From assembly GCA_964057225.1 (NCBI GenBank), contig OZ059898.1:8494001-8558000 (forward strand): DNA of 64,000 nucleotides, written 5' to 3'. Positions 13,165 through 41,600 of this stretch are shown here, in pieces (within the stretch, counting starts at the first letter, position 1; every line of letters begins with the position of its first letter). Origin of the DNA: Auanema rhodensis. Lineage: Eukaryota; Animalia; Nematoda. Under the pieces are notes generated by a model that saw nothing but the letters and a program-made list of their open reading frames with translations, did not search any database and had not been told where the DNA came from. Both the position numbers and the translations under genes were made by a program.

Positions 13165-16100
13165 TTAAATGGCCGATGACTCAAAGTACGAAGTTCGAGT
13201 GGGTAAAGTTTCTGTACGAGTTGTGGTGTAGGTTGGTCCTTCAACCCATCTCGTTCTTACATTACCACCTCCATCTCCTCCTACGCTTCCTGATCCCACT
13301 CCGCCATCAAATCCTGCACCTCCGCTAGGTGCTCTGAATCCACCAGCTCTACCTCCTACATCGGGGGCTCCGAATCCTCCCGTTGAACCGGCAGCCATAT
13401 TGGCGGCACCAGCACCTCCACCGCCTCCTGAACCGAAGATGGAACCTGTTCGCCCTCCTGCTGCTCCAGCTTCATTAGAAAATATATCACCTGTTGGTGC
13501 TGGAGTGGTAAAACGACTAAGTCCTGGCTGCTCCTATAGTTGAAGTAATTAAAATAAATTTAAAAATAAGGAAATACTTGATATAGTTGATTCATTTTCA
13601 TTTCATCTCGTAAGTACGATGGTCCATCATCCGAAAAACCCCCAGATTGCAGAGGAACTGTTTCATTTCTAAAATATACATAAAAATTATAATATAATAT
13701 AATTTTTAATTATACAATGAATCGCCTCCGAGTCGGATTTTAGGTGGTAATGGGCTAGCTTCTTGATCAATTCCCAAGCCTTCTTTCTCTTCCAAACGAT
13801 CGAGATAATCTCTCTGTTTTCTCTTACGAGCACTCCACAATATACAGAAGATGATGACAAACAACATTACAATAGCAAATATGGAAAGAAGAGCTGTCAT
13901 CCATTTCAGAGCATATTCCAAGTTACGATCTGAATCAAGAGTTAACACAAAAGGAAAAGAAAGAAATATACCTCGACACCATGCCCACCATCCTCTAGAC
14001 CATGTTCCATTACGACAAGTTCTTTCAATATCTCCGTGAATATAATATTTTGGTTTACATGAGAATGTTACTACATCACCATCAAGATAGTTAGCAGAAA
14101 CAGGAGTTTTAATAACTCCTTCTTGTTTTAATAGCGGACCACATGATACAACTAAAATAATTATATTACTAATATAATATAATTAGTATAATTAGTATAG
14201 TTAATATATATAAAATAAACTTACGTTGTTTAGTTCCTGATTTTTGAAGATTAAAGAAATTCTTTTGATTTCTTAATGTTGTAATTCCTACTTCACGACG
14301 TCCAGTCATTATATAATCATATTCACATTGAGGTGTTCCTTGACATGTACTTACAACCTATAATCATATTGAATATGAAATATTATTTTAATATTTGTTA
14401 TAATATACTTGATCCATTGTAAATATACGAGAAGCATTCATATCTAAGATATCTGGTGGCCAATAAACAGGTAAATAATCAGATGATGCAAATAGTAATG
14501 GATTGTATATAGGCTTGAAACTATCTGAGAACAAAACAGCTCCAATTTTATCATTTTTTCCATCAACCATCCCTTCAAAATTTATTTTTTTATTTTTTAT
14601 AATTTGTTTTACTCACATGATTTTCCAAATTGTTCATAAATCATTTGAGTTGTACTATGACTATGAGTATCACCCTGAACTCGTACAACTTGACCGCCTG
14701 GTGTAGTTAGATCATCATTTGGATCTCCATTATATGTTCCCATTAATCCTAATGTTGTATAGCATCGTCTGGATTGATCATCCGTTGGACTGTTCAATAT
14801 GGAATTCATTGTTTGTCCCTGCTAAAACTCAAAAAATTATTGGCAAAGTTGTAAAATATATGTTATTTCTTATATGATTTGACTATATGTATATATTCAA
14901 TTCCTTAAAAACATTTTTTTAATAACAACATACTCTGCAAGTTGTATTGTAGTTTGGTGGCAAGGTAACCATCACATCAAGCATGCCAAATGATTCTTGT
15001 ACTCGAACTCCTAAACCAGATTTGAGCATAACAACAAGTTCCGATTGGTTCATATTTTGAAGAGGATTACGAATTTCCAAGTCTGAAAAATTAAAATATG
15101 AAGAATAAAGAAAATTTGTAAGATTCACTTCTGAATACTTGATGTTTCCAATGAGGAACATCAAAGAATCTTCTAGCTCCATCAATGTAGACGTCCGTTC
15201 TATATCTCCAACGTCTCATAGGTTTTCTAGCAAAAATCTGAAGAATTTCAATAATTTTTATGTAATTTTAGCTAAAATTACAAACCTGAACTAAAGAACC
15301 GTCACCTTCTTTTATAGCTACTCCAGTAATAACTGTAGCATTTACATGAGCATGCCCTGGATATTTGAATAATTATTTTTAATATTATAGTTAAAACATA
15401 CATAAAGTATCATCAGGTTGCTCAAGACGAACTTGAATCATAAGCTTATGTCTAGGATCTTCGCTCATAACTAAAACATAATATCCTTTTCCAGGGAATG
15501 TATATTTAATGCCATCAAAGGTAACAACATGTGGTTCTCCATAAATATATCTGAAATATTTTTTAAGTTTATAATTAAGTTTTAATTTGAATTTACCCTG
15601 CAGCTGGAGCTTTATATTGTTGACATCCATTGGTTTGACGTCTCCAATAATAAAATTCACAATGTTGAGCATAACTTAAAAATAATAATTAATATAATTA
15701 TATAATATATAATATCATACTCGCAACATGTTCTATATGGTAATAAATCCAATTGATAGTTTGACATAGTTGGAATGAATGGAGGTTGCTTATATGGTGG
15801 AGCACCAACTTTGTGTGCTCGTGCTGGAGTACCAGGTTGGAAAAATCTGAAATATGCTTGTTAGAGTTGGAAATAAATAAAATTCAATCATACCGAGTAT
15901 AATCACCATCAGGTTCCCAATCATCTGTAAACATGAGAAATCCATCATAATCATAACAGCATTGCTGAGCAGCTCCAATAGAACTTGTTTGCTGAGATTG
16001 AATACAATGTTGAGCTCCTTTATTAAATGGACATGAAGTATCACCATCTTTATCACAATCCATAATTGGCATAAATCTTCCAAGATCAAGCATAGCCTTA

Positions 16101-19100
16101 ATACGTTCAGTTAGGCTGTATAGAATATAAAACTTGAGTTGAAACCTGTGAAAGTTTGCATGGGCATGGTAAATCACGAGTGAGATCCATCTGGAAGTTA
16201 CGACGTTTTCCATCATACTCAAACCATTCAATACACATATCGATAGCCCAGTTATTACCGTAATGACGTTGCCAGTCAGGTAAGTAATACCTAAATTGAA
16301 GTTTTCTAATTAAAAAAAAGAAAAAGAATAGAAAACCATGGAAAAGGTGTAGGTCGACTCCATAATACACCTTCTTCTTGATCAGATAATGCTACTTGTA
16401 CAAAACCAAAGTGGAACTTTTTCCAAGCATTCTATAATAAATAATTAAATTTTAAAGTTTATTTAATATAATATATTATACTTTAAGCATATTTTGGCGT
16501 TGTAATTGAGCAGGTTTGAATGTATATGAACCACTATTTGATATTCCTTTTGCTATTGAATCAACTTTTACATAATGAGATCTAAAATGTTTATATATAT
16601 ATTATATAAATTTTGTTTTTAATTTAAAATTTACCTATCAGCATCTTCCCAATATCCTATTAAATTAATATCTACTCGAGCTCCATTACTCCATGTCAAG
16701 TTCAAAGCTTGCCATCCCATTTGTAATTCATCTGCATACGGTAAGTACCTATGAAATATTTGAAATATTTGAAGTAAAATTAAAAAATAAAAGAATATTT
16801 TGATTAAAATTAAAAATAATTTTATAAAATTTTAAATAAAAACACAAACCATTTATTATGTACATCATTAACGTCATTCTTTAGTGCTACAGCTGGTGGA
16901 AAACGATCAGGAACAACTAAATTATTATTTAAAATTTAATTATTAAAATTTATTTATTACCTATATAGAATTTTCCGAAAAATGGAAAACTGTTACCACC
17001 ATCTCGACTCATTCGAACTTGAACCATTCCGGTTTTATGGAACATTGGCATGATACATCTAGCACGAACACGACTAATACGTTTACAATCAACTTGCCAA
17101 TTTTCAAAATTAACCTGAAAGAATTCCAAATAAATAAGTATAATATACTTTATTTATTATTTGTTTATATATATATATATTGTTTTTTTAAATTATAGTT
17201 TAATTAGAAACCAACTTTAATATTATCTTTTTCTCGAAGGCATGGCCCTGATACATTAATAGCTACACCTCCCATCATTGGACCCCAAGGAGGAGCGGTA
17301 ATCATTCCACCTAAATAGATAAATTGTACATCAAATTCTAATATTATTATAAAAATTATATGTATAATATACCATTAGAAGCATTTGTACAGCCAGCTGG
17401 TACAATAACCTCATCAATTCGATGAATCCAACGTCCTGGTGTTAAAACATTTGAGAAATATCCTAATTTCCATGAACGTCCGTGTCCAGAATACGGTAAT
17501 GGGTACCAACCGGTACCGTTACCACCATTGAATCCAACCATGGCAGCCTGTTTTCCTCCAAATCCATTCAAACCTCCAGCTTCATTACTTGTTGTCCAGT
17601 TCAACCGAGCATAATTAAATATAGCAAATGTACTGCAAAATTATAATTAATGATATATCATCATATAGTTAACTTTTACCGAATTTCATCACTTGCAATA
17701 ACCAATTGGAATGTATTTTGCCAATCTTTTACATGTTCAAATTGTGAGACATCTAAGGCACGTGGGGCTCCTCCATAAGCCATCTAAAATTGGTCCGAAG
17801 TTATGAAAATCCAAAAATATTTGAAACATACACGATACCAAGTTACAATGAAAGCATGCTCAGCTCTCCATCCATTTGCACCCGTATATCCTTCCTAAAA
17901 TAATGAAAAATATTAATTTTAATGTTAATTAAAAGATAAAATATATTTTATTTTCATTAAAATATCAACTAACTTGAACATCTCGGGTAATATTATCCAG
18001 TAAAAGTGGATCAACAACCATTCCAGGTTGTGATACACGTGTTGGCATTTGCCTTTTCTTACGAAATATTGTATTTGAAAACTAAATTCAAATAATTATT
18101 ATATTATTAATTTTAAAAATAAATGTTACTTGTTGTTGTTGTTGTTGTTGATTGAAGAATTGTTGAGTATTGGCTAATGGATTTATATTCTGTGATGTTG
18201 CTGGCATGTATGGTGATTGTGGATTCTGATAGTTTGGAGCACCATAGTTATTATTTCCAGAACCACCATAGATGTCATCATCATCAAGCTATAAAATAAT
18301 AATTTATAATAAATAATTATTATATTTATTTATAATTAAATCTATTTAATGTAAAATAGAGTGTATGAGGTCAAATTTAATGTTAAGATTGCCCTATAAG
18401 GATGATTGTTAACAAGCAGTTCTCATTCCCTTCATCTTAAAGTTTATATGAGATCATTCAACAAGTTTTTACAGAGACACATAAAGATAATGAAGTTGGT
18501 TTGATAGATAACATGCTTAATGCTTTCGGCAGCCTGCTGCTCACTATGCTTCTTCAGGTCGCTCATAAGATAAGAAATATAGAAGTTAAATAGACAATGA
18601 TTACATAGTAAAGAGTATTATAATATAATGATAAAAATATTATAAATATGTGACCCAATTATATTAATCATTATTTTTATTTATTTATAATAAATAATAA
18701 TATTATTATTATTATAAATATATTTAAATATAAAAATTAAAACATACACGTGGTCGATGAACACTACGATAGAATACATTACTGATTTTAGTATTTCCAA
18801 TCCATTGAAACATAGTATCAGCATAATATGGAGCAATAAAACTGTGATCCTAAATTATTTTTAATTATATTTTTAATTTTAAACTTTAAAAAGATATTAC
18901 TCTTTGTTTAGGCCAAGCTGGATTAGGGAATGTCCATGGTGGAGCAGTATATGGTGGTTGTCCAAATGAAACCATTCCCATTGGATAAATAAAAGTATAA
19001 TTAAATCTAAAATAATTTTTTAAAAATTTATAATTTATATAAATAATATTATAATTTAATCTTTTAAATTAATTTATATTTTATATATACACAAAATAAT

Positions 19101-20044
19101 ATTAATAACATTTTTTGAATAATAAATATATAAATTCTTATTAATATTATAATTATAATATACTTTTGAAATATATTTTAAAATATTAATTTTAATAATT
19201 TTTCATTAAAAAATTCTTTTTTTTTTTAATATTTTAAGTACTTTTTCACATTTACCTTCATACATACATATGTGTATCTAATTGTATGTTATACTCATAT
19301 TATACTAATCAAAAGTTTGTGTCAATAGTCCGTTTCAATACAAAAAAAAAACTTTTTCATTTGAAATTAACAATTAATTTATAAAAAATATAAGTTTTAA
19401 ATATACCGATAGCCAAAGAATGGACAATCAAATCCAAGATTTGCTTGAGTTTCACGACCAGATTGACCCATAAGTTGATCATCAAGAGCATAGGTTCCAA
19501 AAGGATAGAGGATATTAACCCAACCTGAATTGTTTGAAATTCAACTTATTTATTTATTTTTATTGAAAATTATCTAATAAAAATTAATATTTTACCTTCT
19601 TCTATACGAACGTCATAATCAGCTCTTCCCAGATTATCTAAGTAAGTTTGATACGATTGTCGTGAAATTTGACGTTTTTTTCTTTAAAAAAACGTTATAT
19701 TGATTAAAAATATCAGTTTATATACCTTATATGTTCTGGAAATTTATGATCATCTTTAGCTGATTCACTTATGATTTTTGATATTTCCTCCTTTGTTGGT
19801 AACCTACTCTTTGGAGGTTTTTCATGACACATATGATGTTGTTCATTGTGTTGTATCTATATTATATATATATTTAAGGAAATATATTAATAAAAATAAT
19901 TAAAAATACCTTTTCTTCATAGCTTTTTGCTATTTTTGGTAAATTTAAAACAGAATGTAATGATACATTATCAGATGATTTTGTTATTACTAAACAATAA
20001 GATACATATATTATAGAGGCGCAAGCCAGTAGCCTGCGCCACAT
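13165..20044 (-). CDS. Mesh/SUSD2/MUC4-type type-I membrane protein (signal peptide, NIDO, IPT-like, AMOP, VWD, Sushi, TM, Gly-rich tail)
   Basis: Signal [21 protein letters not shown] ([33 protein letters not shown]). AMOP ([17 protein letters not shown]). VWD ([18 protein letters not shown]). Sushi (SCGPL...WSRGW). TM segment in ORF 13706-13948. Confidence 0.9.
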
Positions 20045-21967
20045 TGCTTTGGTGTTTCCCTGTTAGAGATACTGTGGAGGGAAAAGAAAAGGTGTTGTTT
20101 GAGAAATAAACTGAAAAATGAATTGATTGTAATAAAAGTATTCTTTTCTGTATAAAATAGTTAAAAGTACATAGATGTTTGACGTATAGTTAGTAAGTTT
20201 ATAGTGATTCCAAAGGTTGTATGCACAGAATTGAGAGAGAGAGGGATGAAGATAGAAAGAGAGAGAGAGAAAGAGGGAGATAGAGAGATAAAGAAAGAGA
20301 GATGAATGAGATACAAAGTAGTTACATTCTCATTGTGATAAGAATTGAAAGAAAACTATTATTATTAAGGGATTTTTTTTTCTCACTTTGATCGAAAAGA
20401 TTTTTTAATCAATTGCTTTGATGAATCAAAAATAAAATAATTTATATAATTATGTGTGGGCGTTTGAATAATGAATTTACGATGATATGATGAGCACATG
20501 AGTAGATAACTAGTTAATCATTAACTATATAACTACTGTAATATTTTTAATTTAAAGAATTTCATAAATAATTTGACGAAAATAATGAAATGAATATGAA
20601 ATGAATATAATATAGTATATCTAGTTAGCATCAAAAAAATAATTGTTTGAAAATAAAAAGCTGGAATGAAATATACAGAAGAGTTGCATGTTGGTAGCAT
20701 TGTAAGTGTAATCTCGTCAAGTTGGAAGCCAAATAAGAACGTTGTAAGAAGCACATACGAATGAAGAACCATGAATAATAGCTTGTGATAAGCGAAGAAT
20801 GAGGAGAAGCATAGGAAGAGGAAGGAGAAGCCTATGAAGAGGTAATGTGTGTTATCATGTTAGAAAAGGTTGAGCAGTGGCATCAGAGCACTCTTAGACA
20901 TTTGGCTGACCGTAAAGGAATACTAGATATGATGATATGGTGATGGAGAAATAGAGTGTAAGAAAGATTAAAAAAGAAATAAAGAAGCAGATAGATAAGT
21001 ATATAGAGAGAAGAAAAGAAAGAAAGAAAAAGAGAGAGAGGGAGAGAGAGAGAGAGAGAGAATGGAATGAACTAGCAATGAGTACATGAGAAGTAATAAT
21101 GAAGAAATTGATTAAAGAAATTAGATTAGTATCAATTTTTGATAAGAAGTATCATATTTACACCGAAATAAACATGTAACTTTATAGCTAAAAATGATAT
21201 TTTGATCTAAATATTAAAAAGAAAATATTAAAAAAAAAGGAAATATTTGATTCTATATAGACAAAGATAATTAAAGATTATATGATAATACAATATATAA
21301 ATATAGAATTTCTTATCTTTATGAACTTTTTTTTAAAAATATTAAATACATAAGTACATATACATACATATATATCTTAAGATTTGTATTTCTTATATAT
21401 TATTTATAAAAATAATTTTTGTAATTTCAACGAAGAAAAAGAAAACATTTATTTAATTTTCACAAACATATTAACAGCTCGTGATATAATACGATATGAC
21501 ATTATTAAAATTATATGGCAAAGTATTTTTTTTATTTTAAATCGGCAAGCTCTAATATCAAATTATTATTTTTTATATATTAAAGAAAAAAGAAAACATA
21601 TAATATACATACATATATAGAATTTTAAGTTAAAGCTTCTTATTATAAAAAAAAAGAAAAAAAAAGAATTTATAGTTTTTCATTTAAAAAAAAAATTAAA
21701 TGACCCATAAAAGGAAAAAGAGAATCGAAACAACTTTACTACTATATCATATATACATATATGATATAGTTAAAGGAAGATCTGATGAAGATTTATTAAA
21801 TATAGTTAAAGCAATCAATTTATTTTGAGAAATTATAATGAAAGTTGAAAGAAATTATTTTCCATACACCTATTGTAGGTTAATTATTTATATTTTGTTT
21901 TTCTGAAATACAATTATGTATATGTTATCAGATTAATAAAATATTATAATATATATGTATATCTTCA

Positions 21968-36645
<14,678 letters not shown>

Positions 36646-38474
36646 TCTGTCGGCACGTAATGCACGACGTCGAAGACGACGACAACAGCAATGACGACGC
36701 TTTTCTGAGATAAAATAAAGTAATAATGACTTAAAATCAAAATAAATAAGACAATGGGACAATAAGATGATATAGGAGAAGAACAACAGCTTCAAAGACC
36801 AAAAGGGTTTGAGCAAAACGAGAGATAGGGTCAGATAGAAAGAAAGAGAGAATGATAGTGAGATTATGAATCATCATGTAAATGAACTAAGAAAATGTAA
36901 ATTGAAGGTAATATCAATCTTTTTTTTATTAATTACATCAAGTTTAATAAAAATTTCAAGAGAAGATGAAATAATTATTATAATTAAAAAATGAAATGAT
37001 AATAAACTATTTATTTTTAGATCTTATATTAAACACATAAAGTTTGAAAAAGTCAGTTAAATGGGGGGACGGATTGACGAGATAAATAGGCGAATAACTA
37101 ATGAATGAATCAATACTAATGAGAGACATTTATGGGTTCGTTAAGCTGCAAACTGCCGGTGATTATTCTTCTCATCTTTTTCTTTTATCTCATATTCATC
37201 TTCAATTTTGGGTCTTTTTTGATTTTTTTTTGTTTGAATATATCTTGAGTTCAAGTTCAAGAATTTAAATGGAAATATAGAACTTGGATTGCATAAGAAT
37301 ATACAGATGTGTGAAATGAATTTCATTCTTCTTAGCAATGAGTTGATGAATTTGGATGGGAAAAGATTTGATATTGAAGCACAAACAACAATTTATCCGG
37401 AAGACTTTCCTTGATTGCTCATTTCTTTTATTACTAAGAATTTGGAAAGAATATGAATTTTTGAATGAAATCATTATATTAAAAGGAATAGTATAGAGGA
37501 GAAATAACTGTTGAATTGTGAACTCATCATAAGAATTTGAAGAAATGATATCAAGAGGTTCAGGAAGAAAAAAGTTTATTGGAATAAATGAATGTTATAT
37601 ATAATATGAATATGAATATGTTTCAATTTTCAACTATGAAAGTGCATTCGTTGAACATAAGAGGGTAGAAGAAAGAATCATGAAGTTAGAAGAGATTATG
37701 AGAAGAGAAAAAGAAAGAAAGATAATCTAAGAGAGAGAGAGAGAGAAAGAAAAAGAGAGGGAGAAAAGATGAGATAGGGAAAATATAATGAAAAAATAGA
37801 GAGTATTGGAATAACATATACTACATATCTATGTAATTTAGTACATAATGGAATCAAAGGTGAAATAAAAATTTAAAAATCAGAAAAAAAATAATTTTTT
37901 TTTGTGAATATGGCTCAAGGAAATATTTTTAAAGAAAATAAACAAATAAAGTTAAACTTTCATTATATATTATCTAAAAAAATAAAGAAAGAAAACTTAG
38001 TTTAGAAAAAATTGAAAAGTTGGACAAGTTTATGGCAAAATACTTTGATAATTAGGTTGGTGAGAACAGAACGAGTAGGACTGAAAGTTGAGAAACATAG
38101 AAGCAAAGTTTCATGTTCAATGAACACCTGCTATCATCCATATTGGATACAACAGAAAAATAAAGAGAGCGATAAGGAGTACGAGGGAAGGTGATTGAAG
38201 CTGAACGAACATGTTATCGGAAATGGTTAATTGAAATTCAGCGGTCGACATATGGCGAGAGTTGTCTCTCTTCAAAAAATCTTTTCGAATGTTGCATGTG
38301 TTCATCATGGACATATGAAATAACGATGAAGGTAGTTGATGCAAGTCAAGGCCAGTAATGTCAATTTTGCTATGTTTCATGGAAAAACGCTTATTATGGA
38401 AGCATAGGGAATGAACTACAATGGAAAAAAAGATATGTATATTTAGAAATGAAATAAAAAAATGAAGAAAAGAG

Positions 38475-38602
<128 letters not shown>

Positions 38603-41600
38603 GTTAAAGAAAGAAGGGGATAAAGAGAGAGAGAGAACATAGGAAAGATGATTCAAAAAGATAGAAACGACAAAAAGTGAGGAAATAGAAGAGAGAGAGA
38701 TCAAGTTGAAGCCATAAAAGAGGTTAAAGACAATGTATGCTATGAGCTATTAACTAAATGAGAAAAGGTCGGTGGCAATATATATTCAACTAAGCAAATA
38801 GAAACAGCTTGATGATTTATATAATTGAATTTTATATATCATTTAGATAATATTAGGCTATTCTTGACAGACATGTATGTATATTGATAAAGGTCATTCA
38901 ATTTTGACATCATTGACTAGATGTATGTATTCATGTTTACGATTATAATCTATTAAAGATTTAATAATATATCTCAAGCTTTCAAGTTGGAGATCCATAC
39001 ACATATATATCTATATATATGTATGTATGAGCATAAACTACTAATCCAAAATAGCAGCTTCAAACGAAGTTAGAATACTCTGAAGACAACTATTCAAAAT
39101 GTCTTCAAAGTCACAAGAAAGTTCATTAAAAACTAATAGAGCGATAGAGCCGTGAGAACATGCAATGAAGCTGTGCAAGCCTGAGGGCACAATGAGACAA
39201 TTTCAATTATTAACCATTTTATTTATCTTATTCTGTATTTGATGTCAAGAGAATTATCCTAGAAGATTAACTTATGCATAAGTTCCACTACGAGAGATTT
39301 GTTTCGCAATTTTAGCACTAACTAAAGTACTTTTTTCAAAATACACTCTATGGATTAGAGTTGTAGATAAAAGAGAAAATGTTTGTTTAATCATTGTTTT
39401 ATAGGAAGAAGAAGTTAAGGCAGCTACAAGATTGAAGGCAGGGATGAAATGGTTTGCAGGACCGGAACATGCAATGATGTCGTCAGTCTTCGATTCTGAG
39501 GATGACTTGAACGGATAAAAGAGAAATGGAGGAAGAAATAAAGAGAGAAAAGGGTAGAGAGAGGAAATAAGGGATAATGAGACATGAACAAGGAGTGATA
39601 GAAAGAGAGAAAGAGCATGTATTTGAAAAGTATATGAGGAAGAGAGATGGAGAGCGAAAGAGAGAAAGATATATAAAAAGGAGAAGAGAGAGAGGGAATA
39701 GAAAAGGGAGAGAGACAGGACGAAAATGAAAATGAAAGACGTTGTGCACAACCGTTCAACGAAGAATTATTCCAAATAAATAAGAATATTCTACGTGAAG
39801 CTCACGTCTAAGAGTACATTCAGCATTTCAATGGTAATGCCACTTGTAGTTTTATACTAAGAAAACTAAAATATATAAGAGGCTAAAATTCGGTAGTTTG
39901 AATGACCACTTTGGCAGTTTCAAGAAGAGTTGCTAGCTGCTTCATTTTTGGAGGATTGCTACTAGTACTGCTATTTGGGTTCAGCTTTTCAAATGTCGGA
40001 GTGGTTAACTGGCAAAAGCATTGTGTTGCTGATTGTGCCTAATGATTCATGGAAACCTGGTCCAATAAGAGAATATGCTTCATCTAGCTGTTTTACGTCA
40101 TCTAGTACTTCATGTTTCACACACTTGGCATCATGAAAGCAATCCGATATGATGAATTGAGTTCTGAAATTCTACTCAATGACATTCAGGTAATGATGAA
40201 CTTCTCTCATCATTATTTTATATATTTTACATTATTAGGTTGAAAAGATGTATAACGATATCATGAGCTTTTAGTTATAAACTAAATTTATATGTTTCCT
40301 TCGAAATTGTAATTCATACATGAGATATGAATAACACTTATTTTACTAATTCATTCAACTTAAATTAAATATAATTTTTGAAAAAAAAAAGAAAAAAGGT
40401 TTGGTTATTCTATCCATAAAATATCTTCATATTAAGTTTTTTTACTCTTCGTCTCTTATTTTTCCACTAAAAGAAATAGAGGAAAAGGAACAAATTTTGT
40501 AAACAAAACAAGGCAACCAATGAAGGAAATGATACATGTGAGAGTGCTTGTGAATGTCAAAACATATTCGCAGCTTTTTTGTGCTTTTGAAAATCAGTCT
40601 CAGCTGGTTGAAATGGAAAAAAACTCTTTCTAAACTGCTTAGCCAATATCTTTTAACAAAACCTACAAATGTAAATGAATATGATCTAATATAGACCAGA
40701 GAAAGTAAATTTTGCTTGCAAATTGAAGAACAAAGAGACCATAGAAGGAATTTGTTTTTGTTTCCTGTAATTATGAGAAAAATAAATAAAATGAGGAAAA
40801 GATAATATAGTAGATATTAGTTAAATAATTAAAATTAAAGAGATGATGTAAAAGTTTGTTATTAATTTTAAAGAAAAGTATTGCTAGAATATTATATTTA
40901 AAATAAAAGATATCATTATCTATGTATTCATGCATACTAATAAACTGTAAGATCACTTCAAGTTCTTTCTTGCTTTTACAATTAAAACAAAGCTAAGAAT
41001 TCAGACGGTAATTAATTAAAAACACAAACAATTTGAAGATAATAATGCAAAACGAAGTCTTCTTCCCAACTTTATGGGAAATGAGAGTATTGAGTATGGT
41101 CATGATAATAATAATGATGATGGCGAACTGAAGATTGAAATTTTCTATTACTATTCATGACACTTGATGCAGGTGTCAAACAAGGATGTACAAGTTGAAG
41201 TTGATGAGATGATGAAAAGCATAATACAGATACTGAACAACAACGACGACATCTTAACGATTTCAGTCAATTACAACATTCAGAATAACTCTGAAAACGA
41301 CATTGTTGGATACGAATGAGACAAGCAGAGAGAGAAACAGAGTTTATATTCTGATTCCTGGAATACGAATGAAGTTGACTTAAGAGAAACTGTCAGGATA
41401 GAGAGATAGAAAAATGATATTGAAAGAGAATAAAAGCTGTGATTTTCTAATAGACGACAAAGTGGGAGCAGCAGATGAGCCCACTACAGCATGTTCAGGC
41501 TATTTCCAGCCACTTATGGCAACAGCCAAGAAAAACAGCAAACAATGACATGCCTATTCATGGACGACGTTTTGTTTTTCATCTTATACTCTTAACAATC

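Noticed and set aside
21741-21770. 13-bp stem hairpin downstream of the frm-8-like stop
   Set aside because: Mostly alternating AT, which is expected by chance in this composition.
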